DNA of 43,966 nt from an uncultured Bacteroidales bacterium (GTDB taxonomy: Bacteria; Bacteroidota; Bacteroidia; Bacteroidales; UBA4417): contig CALCJE010000148.1 of the NCBI GenBank assembly GCA_937965665.1, forward strand, positions 1-43,966, given 5' to 3'. Below the pieces are notes generated by a model. The model was not told where the DNA came from. It saw only the letters and a program-made list of their open reading frames with translations, and did no database searches. The position numbers and the translations under genes are program-made. Shown piece after piece: positions 7,383 to 17,790 of this stretch; the stretch's first letter is position 1; every line of letters starts with the position of its first letter.

Positions 7383-10300
7383 TTACGCTCCCTCCACAAT
7401 CCCTATTTCCTCCTCCGTCAACCCATACAACTCATACACCATCCGGTCTATTTCCTTATCCGTTTTATCGATTTCAGATTTTAATTCCAAGACAATTTGC
7501 TTTTGCTCGTTAAAATAATGCATCCATTCGACTTCAGAAGATAGACTCAGTTGTACTCTAGCCTTTTTAAGTTCGTTTAAAAAATCTTTAAAATCTAGCT
7601 CATCCCAATTTAAAATATTATTGCTTGGCTTTTCAATATCAAATTTATTCCGAAATAAATTTGTGAAATCTGATATTATAGTTTGCGATTGATTAGTCTG
7701 AGTAACTATTTTTTGAACTTTTTGTATAACTTTCTCAATTATTTCTTTCGAAGCTAGTTTGATTGGAAGTTTTCTTATATCACCTATAAGTATCTTAGGA
7801 AATGTTGTTCGATTACCTTTTGGAGATGTCTTTAAATTGAACCATGAAATCAGTTTAGAATTAATAATTGCTAAAAGATATTCACTTCCGATTTCGGTAA
7901 TATTTAAACAAGAAATTATACCAGGATCATGGTATAAAGTGCCATCATAAATTGTTGCTGTTATTCTGGGTGGATGCCCACCAGTTATTTCTTGTATCAA
8001 GATTCTTTTCCCATTAAAATATTTGGATTTTCTTGGCCGGTGTAACCACTCTCCATATTTTAAATACTCATGAACTGAAATATCAATACCATAACGATTA
8101 AGCGATCTTCCTTGAATCCAAATTCCCCATTCGTCACTAATTTTTGTATCATTATGATAAATTCTACTTTTAACCTGATCCTTTGAAAGATTTTCTGTTG
8201 AATAAGGAACGATTCCTTGGCATACATCTAAAAATGATGAGCCCAACTCTGCATTTGTAGATATTTTAGAAATGATAGAAATATCAATTTCATTCTGCCA
8301 GACTTGAAATTGCTTGTCATTCGACTTTGTCCAATTTGCTATCAAAGCTTCTTCAGCATCTATAGATTCTATTGAAAGTTCTTTACTCTTTGTATCAATG
8401 TGCAATATTTTACATTTTTCGACAAAAGCATTCTTCCCTAAAATGAATAATATTGGATTAACGCTTGCATCATCAAAAACTGAATGTTCAAAAGTTACAA
8501 TAGTGTTAATACCATAATTACTAAGAACATGTTCTCTTAATTTTTGCGCTTGAGGAATATTTATCCATGTATCAGGTGTTATATAGCCTGCTTTACCCTT
8601 ATGCTTAGCTAAAACATTTAACAGCTCAATAAAGAAAAAGTATATCTCAAAGTTGCCTTGAAATGTACTCATATGACTTTGATAATATTCTTTTGAAAGT
8701 GCATCTAAATATGCACCGTACGGCGGATTCCCAATTACCACATCAAATCCCCCTTTTTCAAATACAGTTGGAAATTCAGCCTGCCAGTTAAATGCTTTAT
8801 CACCTGCCACAGCCGGATCGTCAATCAGCGAGTTGCCGCACTTGATATTGTTGTTTAAATCGTTCAGCTTGCGGTTAGGTTGGGCAGTACGCAACCAAAG
8901 GGAGAGTTTGGCTATCTCAACACTCTCCTCATTTAAATCAACTCCAAACAGGTTGTTTTCGAGTATATTCTTTTCAAAATCGCTCAGCACCAAAGCATCG
9001 CCAAAAAGCTTGGCCTGTAATTCGTCGATATAGCGGTGCTCGTTTATCAGGAAGTCGAGCGCCTGGTTAAGGAAAGCTCCCGAGCCGCAGGCCGGGTCGC
9101 AAATGGTAAGTTGCAAAAGCCAGTCGCGGTATGCGGTAAGTTTTTCAAATAAAGGCTGAATGGTTTTCTTTGTACGTTTCCGGTCGGTGATATACTCTTC
9201 CTCAATCAGTCCGATTTTTGCTTTTTTCTCCATGCAGAGCTTGCCAACGGTGTTATCAACAATATACTTTGTAATGTATTTCGGAGTATAAAAAACACCA
9301 TCCTTTTTACGCTTGCTTTTCGATTTGTCAACCTGCTGCCCTTCGAGCTGCGCTTTTATTTCATCCAGTTCGTTCAGAGAGTTTTCGAAAATATGGCCCA
9401 GGATATTCACATCCACTTCGCTGGCAAAGTCATACTCCGAAAGCTTCAGCGTATGCCTGTATAGTAGTTCATCATCAATTTTTAGCCCATCCAGCAGTTC
9501 ATCCGTTTTAAACAACCCACCGTTATACGCGAATACATCGTATCGTTTCCCTTTAAAGCCGGTATTGAGATATTCAAAATACTTTTTAAACCTGGCATAC
9601 AGGGCTATTTCCACATCTCTGTTTAACAACTCGCGCCAATCGTCCAGTATAAGTCTCACCGAATTAGGTGGTAGCAATTGCCTATCCTCTGCAAAAAAGA
9701 GAAACAGGAACCGGTCCAGCAGCTTTTGCGATTTTTTAAAGAGCGTCAACGGGTCATGATCCGGATTGAGTATAACCAGGTTCTGATGCAGTTCCCTTTT
9801 AAACAGCGAATAATCGTTATACAGGTTTTTCGTAATTACGTCTTCCTGGCTTACCGATTCATCTTTTATTCGCTTTGCAAGATTTTTCTCAATATTTACA
9901 AATGCCAGGCATAACCACAGCAGTTCAAACTCTTTCTCACTAAGCGTAAACAGGTTGAACTCAATATTCTCAATGGCGTTATCAATATAAAAACGCAGCT
10001 TCTCAAAATTGGAAGTGATCACATACACACATTCCGGCTGGTTGTTCTTATAGCCGAAAGCCTGGGCTTCAATACGGTTTAAGTCGGTGGTTTCAGTTCC
10101 TTTGAGTTCTATAACCGCCTTTACCACACCATTGATCAGTATGGCTCCATCGGCTTTTTTACTGTCCTTTACATTTTTGTATTCGGTAGTAATATTGAAA
10201 TTTGGTGCCGGGTTCTTGGTATAGCCCAGCACATTAACAAACAGATCGATCAGGAACTCGCCCTGGTATTGTTCTTCCTTGCTGTTGCGAATGTTTTCCT

Positions 10301-10412
10301 GCACCTCAGGATCATGAAAACGAGCTACGAATTTGGCGTATGCAGTTTTTATAGCAGCGGAATCCTGCGTTTTTAGGTGTTTATTAAGAACTGAATTTTG
10401 AAAGAATTTCAT
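7383..10412 (-). CDS. Type IIG (single-chain) restriction endonuclease / N6-adenine DNA methyltransferase with C-terminal specificity region
   Basis: N-terminal PD-(D/E)xK-like motif ADGAI...AVIELKG (D at 10149-10151, ELK at 10101-10109). SAM motif I DPACGSGAF (9072-9098). Catalytic motif IV NPPYG (8715-8729). The 1009-aa size and layout match MmeI/Eco57I-like enzymes. Confidence 0.8.
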   Translation of the reverse strand: MKFFQNSVLNKHLKTQDSAAIKTAYAKFVARFHDPEVQENIRNSKEEQYQGEFLIDLFVNVLGYTKNPAPNFNITTEYKNVKDSKKADGAILINGVVKAVIELKGTETTDLNRIEAQAFGYKNNQPECVYVITSNFEKLRFYIDNAIENIEFNLFTLSEKEFELLWLCLAFVNIEKNLAKRIKDESVSQEDVITKNLYNDYSLFKRELHQNLVILNPDHDPLTLFKKSQKLLDRFLFLFFAEDRQLLPPNSVRLILDDWRELLNRDVEIALYARFKKYFEYLNTGFKGKRYDVFAYNGGLFKTDELLDGLKIDDELLYRHTLKLSEYDFASEVDVNILGHIFENSLNELDEIKAQLEGQQVDKSKSKRKKDGVFYTPKYITKYIVDNTVGKLCMEKKAKIGLIEEEYITDRKRTKKTIQPLFEKLTAYRDWLLQLTICDPACGSGAFLNQALDFLINEHRYIDELQAKLFGDALVLSDFEKNILENNLFGVDLNEESVEIAKLSLWLRTAQPNRKLNDLNNNIKCGNSLIDDPAVAGDKAFNWQAEFPTVFEKGGFDVVIGNPPYGAYLDALSKEYYQSHMSTFQGNFEIYFFFIELLNVLAKHKGKAGYITPDTWINIPQAQKLREHVLSNYGINTIVTFEHSVFDDASVNPILFILGKNAFVEKCKILHIDTKSKELSIESIDAEEALIANWTKSNDKQFQVWQNEIDISIISKISTNAELGSSFLDVCQGIVPYSTENLSKDQVKSRIYHNDTKISDEWGIWIQGRSLNRYGIDISVHEYLKYGEWLHRPRKSKYFNGKRILIQEITGGHPPRITATIYDGTLYHDPGIISCLNITEIGSEYLLAIINSKLISWFNLKTSPKGNRTTFPKILIGDIRKLPIKLASKEIIEKVIQKVQKIVTQTNQSQTIISDFTNLFRNKFDIEKPSNNILNWDELDFKDFLNELKKARVQLSLSSEVEWMHYFNEQKQIVLELKSEIDKTDKEIDRMVYELYGLTEEEIGIVEGA

Positions 10413-10463
10413 CCGGATAAATAATAAGCTAAATAAGAAACGAACAGAATTGGTAAATCACAA

Positions 10464-10471
10464 CAAATATA
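10464..10471 (-). promoter_or_regulatory. Candidate Bacteroidota -7 promoter box (TATATTTG) for the type IIG gene
   Basis: The minus strand reads TATATTTG, matching TAnnTTTG, about 52 nt upstream of the ATG at 10412. Confidence 0.4.
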
Positions 10472-10647
10472 AGATAGTTCTCTATAAAGACATTCTTTCC
10501 TTACCACATAAACGATAAACAATGACGAGTTTCAGACTTGCTCTTTTTGTCTGAATATTTCAGACCTTCATGCTCAGCCATACATTGTAAGTTTGCCAAT
10601 TGGAAAATGAAATTAAATATCTCTTTTGCAGGTTACCAAAATGCTTT

Positions 10648-11802
10648 CTAAAAATTCAATTTCAAATGCAGATAGATCAGGTTTGCTGTATCCTTTTTTC
10701 CTTTCACCAGTTGGCCTGCAAAAGTTTGGGTGATAACTGAAAATTCAAGATTTTCGAGTATCGAATAACTAAGTGTCGGCCCGATATAATATCCATTGAG
10801 TTTAGGGAAATACATGCCTGCCAGCGTTACATTAAACAATGGAGTTACCGGGTAGCTTCCCTGTAGCATAATGGAAATGCCTGGAAATGAAAGATTTTTG
10901 GCTGATAAATTCGTCATAAAATACTCACCAAAATTTTTTATTTCGCCGCTTTTCACAGGGTTGTACAGCACCTCAGTCTGCAGCATAAATGAGTTTTTAA
11001 ACGAATACTGGCTACCTAACGAAAAAATAAGTAAGCCTGTAGTATCAGCAAAGTTCTTTTTAGGATGGAAATAAGATACTTCGCCGTTAAACGATGCCGT
11101 AAAAATATTACCTGACCATCCGGCCCCGAGCACTAAATCATCATCATTCAGTATTCCGCCCATAAATTGGATATCATAATTCCACCTGTTGAAACGATAC
11201 AGCAAAGCGGAAGTTATTCGGCTTGCGCTGTCAGCTTTCATTACAAAATCAAACGTGGAGGTGCTGTTCCTGTAATATTGCAGCCTAAAAGCATCGCTTC
11301 CGGGTTTTTCAATGTAATCGAAATCGAAATACGAATAGGCATTAAAAATATCGTTGGGATTCCATACAAAACACTGTCCCCAGTTAATACGTTGCCGCCC
11401 TAGCCTCAGTTGAAATTTATCTTTTGTGTAATCAACATACAGCCTGTCGATCCTGAAATTAAGTAAATACGATTTTCCGCTTGCGATATTGAATGAAAGA
11501 TCTGCCAATCCATTATCAGATCCAATAATGTTCGCGTAGCCCGGTACTGTGCTTACCGTTTCGCCCACTAGCAACCTGTTGCGAAGTTCCAAAGCACCAT
11601 TCAAAGTATTTGCAGTGTTATTCCATTTAAAATTCAGCCGGTTGTGAAGCACATTATCTACTGTTGGATTATTAACAGAGCTCTGATAAACAAACGATTG
11701 CATATCGGTAACGTAACCGTTCAGCGTCAAATTATGCTGTATTGTATCCTGGCTAAAACTTGAAACAGGAATCAGAAGAAGTACATATACTAACCATTTC
11801 AT
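10648..11802 (-). CDS. Outer-membrane beta-barrel protein (last gene of the ABC export operon)
   Basis: Signal peptide MKWLVYVLLLIPVSSFSQ. Alternating beta-strand-like composition. C-terminal ...LHLKLNF with a terminal Phe. Start at MKWLV (11802) is preferred over 11829 because the upstream gene ends at 11807. Confidence 0.65.
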   Translation of the reverse strand: MKWLVYVLLLIPVSSFSQDTIQHNLTLNGYVTDMQSFVYQSSVNNPTVDNVLHNRLNFKWNNTANTLNGALELRNRLLVGETVSTVPGYANIIGSDNGLADLSFNIASGKSYLLNFRIDRLYVDYTKDKFQLRLGRQRINWGQCFVWNPNDIFNAYSYFDFDYIEKPGSDAFRLQYYRNSTSTFDFVMKADSASRITSALLYRFNRWNYDIQFMGGILNDDDLVLGAGWSGNIFTASFNGEVSYFHPKKNFADTTGLLIFSLGSQYSFKNSFMLQTEVLYNPVKSGEIKNFGEYFMTNLSAKNLSFPGISIMLQGSYPVTPLFNVTLAGMYFPKLNGYYIGPTLSYSILENLEFSVITQTFAGQLVKGKKDTANLIYLHLKLNF

Positions 11803-11806
11803 CCGC

Positions 11807-12490
11807 TTATTTCCAAATATCCGAAACAACTTTACCGTCCTCTATGGTAATGATTCGTTTTGCTTTATTCACCACTCTTTGGTCATGTGTTGAAAATACA
11901 AATGTTACATTTTCGTCCCGGTTTAGTTTTTCCATTATATCGAGCAAATTTTCGGTCGACTTCGAATCAAGATTAGCAGTAGGTTCATCAGCCAGTATGA
12001 ATTTAGGTTTCGAAGCCAGGGCCCTTGCAACTGCAACTCTTTGCTGCTGTCCGCCAGATAATTTATTCGGTCGGCTGTCCATCCGGTCACCCAATCCAAC
12101 GGCTGTAAGCAGTTCAGTTGTCCTTGCTTGCATCTCTTTCTCCGATTTGCCCTGTAGCTGCATAATAAATTCAACATTTTCTCGGGCTGTGAAAACCGGG
12201 ATAAGGTTATAAGCCTGGAAAACAAATCCGATTTTTCTCATTCGGAAATCAGTTTTCTGCTTGCTGTTCAATGTATTGATCCGAACTCCGTCAATAATCA
12301 CTTCGCCTTCGGTAGGGTCGTCGAGCCCGCCCACAATATTGAGCAAGGTAGTTTTGCCTGAACCGGAAGGACCAACAATTGCGGTAAACTCCCCCGTATC
12401 AATTTTCATATCGATGCCATTAATTGCATACACAGGCAAAGCATTCCCATCGTAAACCTTGTGTAGACCTCTTATTTCAATGATGCTCAT
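11807..12490 (-). CDS. ABC transporter ATP-binding protein (LolD/MacB-type)
   Basis: Walker A GPSGSGKTT, signature LSGGQQQRVAVARAL, Walker B FILADEPT. Confidence 0.9.
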   Translation of the reverse strand: MSIIEIRGLHKVYDGNALPVYAINGIDMKIDTGEFTAIVGPSGSGKTTLLNIVGGLDDPTEGEVIIDGVRINTLNSKQKTDFRMRKIGFVFQAYNLIPVFTARENVEFIMQLQGKSEKEMQARTTELLTAVGLGDRMDSRPNKLSGGQQQRVAVARALASKPKFILADEPTANLDSKSTENLLDIMEKLNRDENVTFVFSTHDQRVVNKAKRIITIEDGKVVSDIWK

Positions 12491-12515
12491 ATTCGGTTTA
12501 TTATGATCAGTTTTT

Positions 12516-13730
12516 TTAACTCCGGATAGATTCCGAAGGATTAAGTTTTAAGGCCTTATAAGCCGGGTATAAGGACGATAACAATCCCGCAATTATCACC
12601 ATTAAAGCTGTAACAATCATGGTTTTGGAATCGATAACAGGGTAGATATGGGTTGAATATCCCAATTCAGCAAAAGCGTCTTTCCATGCATACAGGTTAA
12701 TCCCAACCTTTCCAAGATATTCTGATATCACATAGCCTATGATAATCCCCAAAACACCACCCGTAAGCGAAAGATAAATGGTTTCGAGCATTATCATCAT
12801 GAAAACCCTTGTCCTGTTCATGCCAATAGCCATTAACATTCCCAGTTCATGCACTCGTTCCAGAATTACCATAAGCATGGTGTTAACTATGCCAAAACTT
12901 AGTGCAAGCAGTATGATAACCAGGAACATGAACATATACTGATTCATGGCACTAACAAGGTAGCCGGCTTCTGGACTAAGTTGCAGCCAATCCTTTATTT
13001 CAAGTTTCGGCAAAAATCCTGAGAGAATTTTTGCGACAACTTCAGCGTCATTATTGTTACTAAGTATAACTGCAATTTCATGTGCAGTTTTTCCATCAAG
13101 ACCGGTAAGCAGGCATAAATCGGTGTTTCGTACAAAAATATTGGCTTCATCAAACATCTGGTTATCGGTGCGAAAAATGCCAACTATGCGAAAAGCCCCT
13201 CCTGTAATGTTATTATTTACATCCTGCACAGTAACAATAATTTTGTTTTTTAGCCCCACTTTTAATTTCTTAGCCAGGTGCTCACTTATAATGACCGGGT
13301 TTTTACCTGTTTCGTCGAGGTATTTCCCCTCAAAAATTTTAGAACTGATCTGGGTGACTTTTTTTTCATCTTCAGGATTAATGCCTGTAATTTTCACACC
13401 GGTTCCTGTTTCGGCAGAGGCTATCATACAATTGATTATCACCCTTTTGCTTGCTGCCGAGACACCCGGAACAGTTTTTACTTTTTTCAGAATACTGTCA
13501 GCATTATTTATCTGAAGCGAAAACTGGTTGTTTTCGAGGAAACCAGGCTGATGGATCTGAATATGCGACATTTCGGTGCCTATAATCGACTGAATGCGTG
13601 CATCAAGCATGCCATTCATAAATGAAATAAGAAATATGCCCGAAAAAATGCCAAGCGTAACTGCCCCGATTATTACTGAACTCCGGAGTTTGTTGCGCCA
13701 CATATTTCGCCAGGCAAATGTTGAAATCAT
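12516..13730 (-). CDS. ABC transporter permease, FtsX/MacB-like with large periplasmic domain
   Basis: Topology of one N-terminal TM, a ~230-aa soluble domain and three C-terminal TMs. Paralogue of the adjacent permease. Confidence 0.8.
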   Translation of the reverse strand: MISTFAWRNMWRNKLRSSVIIGAVTLGIFSGIFLISFMNGMLDARIQSIIGTEMSHIQIHQPGFLENNQFSLQINNADSILKKVKTVPGVSAASKRVIINCMIASAETGTGVKITGINPEDEKKVTQISSKIFEGKYLDETGKNPVIISEHLAKKLKVGLKNKIIVTVQDVNNNITGGAFRIVGIFRTDNQMFDEANIFVRNTDLCLLTGLDGKTAHEIAVILSNNNDAEVVAKILSGFLPKLEIKDWLQLSPEAGYLVSAMNQYMFMFLVIILLALSFGIVNTMLMVILERVHELGMLMAIGMNRTRVFMMIMLETIYLSLTGGVLGIIIGYVISEYLGKVGINLYAWKDAFAELGYSTHIYPVIDSKTMIVTALMVIIAGLLSSLYPAYKALKLNPSESIRS

Positions 13731-13747
13731 AAATGATGATTTTAGTA

Positions 13748-14965
13748 TTAACTATGTAAAGCTTTACTTATCTTGAGCTTGTGAATATTTACAACAGGAT
13801 AAAGCCCTATGATGACAGTGAAAATAAAAATCGTAATGGCCTGGTTGTAGAACACCGAAGGCGTCATCGAAAACGACATGATAGGTTCAAATCCCATCTG
13901 CATCATGGTTTCGGCTGCCTGTCCGGAGAAAGGTATCGGGTGCAATGTAAAATACCAGGTTATTGGTATGCTTGCTACTATGCCTGTAATAACCCCTACC
14001 AGGCCAAGTAAAATTGTTTCCTGGACAAGCACAAAACTCAATCTGTTTTTTTGCATTCCAAAGGCAATCAGTACGCCAAATTCTTTTCGCCTTTCGGCGG
14101 TCATCATCATAACGGTGCCAAAAATCCCAAAAGCAATTATCATGTAAAGCACGCCTTTCATGATGATTCCCGACTGCCGGTCACTGTCAATCTGTTTCAT
14201 CAGGATGCTGTTGATTTGTTTCCAATCCATAACTTCATATTCCGGACCGAGTTTCGAAATCAGTTCCTTTTTTGCAGATGCAACGTCTTCGCTATTTTTA
14301 ACCATAATTACGATGGAGGTAAGCCTGTCACTGGCTGAAAAAAGGTCCTGGCTAGCGGTAACATCCATATAAACTACAATCCGGTCGAGATCGGGTGAGG
14401 GTTGTTTGATAATTCCACGTACCGGGTATTTGCCTGCAGCACTTACCCCTTGATACCCCTGACCCAGAAGCACAAGCGTATCGCTCACTCCCAGGTTAAG
14501 AAATTTTGCCAGCGCACTCCCAAGCACTACACCTTTGTCGCCGTCGTAAAGGTATTTCCCATTTATTATCTTCCCCGATAATCCTGTTATTCGATCTTCC
14601 TTTTGAGGCGATATTCCTATAACCATTACGCCTTTGGTAATATCTTCCGAAGCGGCCAGTGCAAAGTTTTCGAGACGGGGGGTGAAAATAGTTATCTCTT
14701 TTATATCTTTAAGTTTGGTACTGATGGCACTGTATTCCAGCGAGTTGTTGATTTCCTGATTGTTCCAATAGCCTTTCTGATGTACCTGGATATAACCTGA
14801 ATAAAAGTTGACAATGGTCTTGATATACTGGGCATATGAGCCTTCCTGCATTGAACTCATTATGGCTGATAAAACAACCCCAAAGAAAATGGATGCTGAG
14901 GTAATAAGCGTTCTTTGTTTGTTACGCCATAAATTTCTCCAGGCAAGTTTTAAGTATACCTTCAT
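13748..14965 (-). CDS. ABC transporter permease, FtsX/MacB-like
   Basis: Same topology. N-terminal LAWRNLWRNKQRT is typical of FtsX-family permeases. Confidence 0.8.
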   Translation of the reverse strand: MKVYLKLAWRNLWRNKQRTLITSASIFFGVVLSAIMSSMQEGSYAQYIKTIVNFYSGYIQVHQKGYWNNQEINNSLEYSAISTKLKDIKEITIFTPRLENFALAASEDITKGVMVIGISPQKEDRITGLSGKIINGKYLYDGDKGVVLGSALAKFLNLGVSDTLVLLGQGYQGVSAAGKYPVRGIIKQPSPDLDRIVVYMDVTASQDLFSASDRLTSIVIMVKNSEDVASAKKELISKLGPEYEVMDWKQINSILMKQIDSDRQSGIIMKGVLYMIIAFGIFGTVMMMTAERRKEFGVLIAFGMQKNRLSFVLVQETILLGLVGVITGIVASIPITWYFTLHPIPFSGQAAETMMQMGFEPIMSFSMTPSVFYNQAITIFIFTVIIGLYPVVNIHKLKISKALHS

Positions 14966-14981
14966 TGAAATTTAACCTTAA

Positions 14982-15743
14982 TCATTTAATGCTTTTCATA
15001 TTTTGCTGCGAGAAGAAGCTATCTGCAATAGGCAGGTTGAAAACACTGCTGTTGATCTCAAGTATTGTTTTATTACCTTTTTTGTTTACTGGCTCAATCT
15101 CCATTCGTGTTGGGATTTCGCGGTCTCCCGTTTTTTTGATATTGTATGCATTCATCAGGTTAACAAGTTCCTGGTCTTCATCGTAATATTCTGCTTTCCA
15201 TTGGTTGAAACCATTCACTGTTATCCATGTAATTACTTTTCCCCAGGTTACTGCGGCATCGGGCAAAGGAGTAAGTTCAACTTTATAACATTCCATTCCC
15301 CGAACTGTTTCTTTGCCAAGTAACTTCTGGGTATAATCCACCACAATGGAGGATTCCTTCACAAGATCGTCATTGGTAAAATCGGAACCCATCCACGACT
15401 GCATCATCATCGAAGGAGGTATTTTTATCATTCTTTCTATGGATGGAACCCAGTTCCACATGTCTTTTTGGCGTTTCAGAAAAACCTGTCCTTTTTCCTT
15501 TGCAGGAGCTGTAATATAAATAAGTGAATATTCTGTACCCTTGGACCATGATTTCATGGTAACACTTCGGCTCCAGTCAGGACGAACAATTGTTAGCGTC
15601 ATTGTTCCCTGGCTAGTTAAGCCACGTCCTTTGTCATCAGCTTTTTTAATAATCTCCCTTGCGGTTAGTTCCTGCGCAAATGATTTATATCCAGTACCTA
15701 TTAAAATCAAAAAGCATCCTGTCAAAACTAATTTTATCTTCAT
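14982..15743 (-). CDS. LolA-like outer-membrane lipoprotein-sorting / carrier protein
   Basis: Signal peptide MKIKLVLTGCFLILIGTGYKSFAQ (start at ATG 15743, not 15842). About 250 aa, beta-rich. Sits in an operon with the FtsX/ABC genes. Confidence 0.6.
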   Translation of the reverse strand: MKIKLVLTGCFLILIGTGYKSFAQELTAREIIKKADDKGRGLTSQGTMTLTIVRPDWSRSVTMKSWSKGTEYSLIYITAPAKEKGQVFLKRQKDMWNWVPSIERMIKIPPSMMMQSWMGSDFTNDDLVKESSIVVDYTQKLLGKETVRGMECYKVELTPLPDAAVTWGKVITWITVNGFNQWKAEYYDEDQELVNLMNAYNIKKTGDREIPTRMEIEPVNKKGNKTILEINSSVFNLPIADSFFSQQNMKSIK

Positions 15744-15910
15744 CACTTTCAGTTTTATGTAAAGATAATGTAATTGTAATTCAGGTATTCTAAAAGAAAG
15801 TAATAATAAGTCAATATCAATTTTCAATAATTCATACTCCAATCTTAAATCAGATATATCTACTCAAAATTGTCATGTAATTGTTTTTGTGTAATTTACA
15901 TATAATCAAT

Positions 15911-17641
15911 TTAATGTGTAGTCTTTAAATTTGCCAATTTGAAATCAGGACAACGAGCTTTCAGATCTTTTATAGCACTTTTTGCATTTTCATTCGCCGC
16001 ATCAATACCTAAGATCTTATCCCAATACTCAAGCGATTCACAATAATTCTTGATCACCAGATAATAGTAGCCAAGATAATTATATGCTTCTAGTATGTCC
16101 TTTAAGTATTTTATAGAGTCAGCACTTGCTTTTTCCACCAGTTTTTCATAGAAAGGCTTTGCAAGTCCTTCTTTTGTATCAGGATCAAGATTGGCGTAAA
16201 TCCTTGCCCTGAAGAGGTATGCCGGTTCAAAATCAATACTCATCCGGTTTACCATTGCCAAAGCTGAATCAGCTTCCACCCAGTTCTTGGCATCATAATA
16301 GGCACGACCCATTTTGTAATAATCATTCACACCTCCATTGGAGTGCTTAATCCTTAGTTTATATGTATCACCGGCGTTTTGAGGTTTTTTGGTTTTAATG
16401 TATAATGAGGCTATTTCTGATAGAAGATCAATGTTAGTTGTGTCAAGATCAATAGCTTTTGTTAAACTTAGTATGCCCAATGAGTCCTGGCCATTTTGTA
16501 CAAGAATACGCCCACTATACGCGTAATCCTTTGATGTGATCTTCTCAACAGGTGCATTTCTTATGAATTTGCTCATATAATACCTTGCATTTGGATATTC
16601 TTTTTCTTCGAAATATGAATAGGCAAGTGCACGGTTAAGATCATTATATGTTATAGAATCCATCTTCATTATCTCATGAATCTGTTCGATTGCACCCTTA
16701 TAATCTTCGGTATTGATAAGCATATTGGCATACCTCCGTTGTGCGGTGATGTTACTGCTGTTCAGGTCAAGGTATTTCTTGAAGTACTCTTTTGATTCCT
16801 CTGTCTTGTTCATTTTTGAATAGAGAAATCCCATCTCGAGATAAGCCGGTGCAAATGATGGATCAATTGCAATAGCTTCCTGGTAGTATGATAATGCATC
16901 CTGGTAGCTTCTGATTCGTGTATAAAGCTCTCCAAGTCGAACACGTGCCCTCTTTGACTGAGGAGCATAATCCTGCGATCTTTTATAGTTCTTAGCTGCG
17001 AGGCTTCCATTATTAAATGTATTGATCCAGTAGTCACCGCGTACGAGATAGAGTTCCGGATTCTTATGATCAAGTGATTCTGCTCGTCTCAGGTAACCAA
17101 GTACCAAAGCGCTATCCTTGTTGTTTACTGTTACGTATGCTTCAGCCAGGCGAATAAGTAGTGTGGCCTGTTCAGTTTTGGAGAGTGAAGATTTTGCTCT
17201 TTTTGCAGGAAGAAATGTTAGGGCCTTGGCAAAATTCTCTTCAGCGATTAACTTTTTATTCTGGATCAGGGCAACTTTGCCAAGTCCGACGTAGTTTAGA
17301 GGCTCACTGGCATTAGCTGCAATACCTTTATCATATCGTTCAATAGCTTCCTTTGCAATAGCATCAAAGGGAACATTAGTTGGATCAATGAAATAAGAGG
17401 CTAATTGATTTTCGCCGCTATAATAATAATACTTACCATTAGTGGGATCTTTGGCAATTAGTGCATCAAAAGCCTGGTCGGCGGCATCAAACTGCTCCTG
17501 GTAGGTCATTGTAATTGCAGTATTTAAATCCTGGCCAGATGCAATACTTCCTGTTACCATCATACTTGCTCCGATAAAGGTCATTTTGATTATTCTCATA
17601 ACTCTTGATATTTTACGGGCACTCATCTTAAGCTCTTTCAT
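15911..17641 (-). CDS. Secreted tetratricopeptide-repeat (TPR) protein
   Basis: Recurrent A/Y/L patterns (for example ALSYYQEAIAIDPSFAPAYLEMGFLY) with an N-terminal signal-like segment. The exact start is uncertain; internal Met codons are possible. Confidence 0.75.
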   Translation of the reverse strand: MKELKMSARKISRVMRIIKMTFIGASMMVTGSIASGQDLNTAITMTYQEQFDAADQAFDALIAKDPTNGKYYYYSGENQLASYFIDPTNVPFDAIAKEAIERYDKGIAANASEPLNYVGLGKVALIQNKKLIAEENFAKALTFLPAKRAKSSLSKTEQATLLIRLAEAYVTVNNKDSALVLGYLRRAESLDHKNPELYLVRGDYWINTFNNGSLAAKNYKRSQDYAPQSKRARVRLGELYTRIRSYQDALSYYQEAIAIDPSFAPAYLEMGFLYSKMNKTEESKEYFKKYLDLNSSNITAQRRYANMLINTEDYKGAIEQIHEIMKMDSITYNDLNRALAYSYFEEKEYPNARYYMSKFIRNAPVEKITSKDYAYSGRILVQNGQDSLGILSLTKAIDLDTTNIDLLSEIASLYIKTKKPQNAGDTYKLRIKHSNGGVNDYYKMGRAYYDAKNWVEADSALAMVNRMSIDFEPAYLFRARIYANLDPDTKEGLAKPFYEKLVEKASADSIKYLKDILEAYNYLGYYYLVIKNYCESLEYWDKILGIDAANENAKSAIKDLKARCPDFKLANLKTTH

Positions 17642-17790
17642 ATCTTCTTTAACTTATTATAAATAACCTTACTACTGTCGATACCACTATCAATACAGCA
17701 AATATTGATAGAAAGAATATCCAAATGATTAAACAGTCGACATTTTTGGAGTTTTCATATCGCTTGTATCAAAGGATTAATGACTCTTCA

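Larger units (their letters stand above)
54..10640 (+). mobile_element. Partial Bacteroidota-type integrative/mobilisable element: HTH-excisionase pair, primase-like and DUF3987 backbone plus defence cargo. Left end lost at the contig/adapter edge; right boundary not identified.
   Basis: The gene order (hypothetical, HTH, HTH, primase-like, PriCT-2/DUF3987, then cargo) is typical of small Bacteroidota integrative elements. No integrase or att repeat is visible in the window. Confidence 0.45.

Noticed and set aside
7759-9914. Several 60-150-aa plus-strand ORFs (7759-7950, 8314-8517, 8833-9033, 9313-9759, 9678-9914) inside the type IIG gene
   Set aside because: They are antisense shadow ORFs within a long gene that has clear motifs. 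Their sequences are low-complexity and Ser/Leu/Phe-rich.
17686-17710. Perfect 9-bp inverted repeat CTATCAATA-cagcaaa-TATTGATAG in the leader of the TPR gene
   Set aside because: The repeat is real, but it is short, AT-rich and unsupported by any other copy. I noted it only as a possible leader hairpin.
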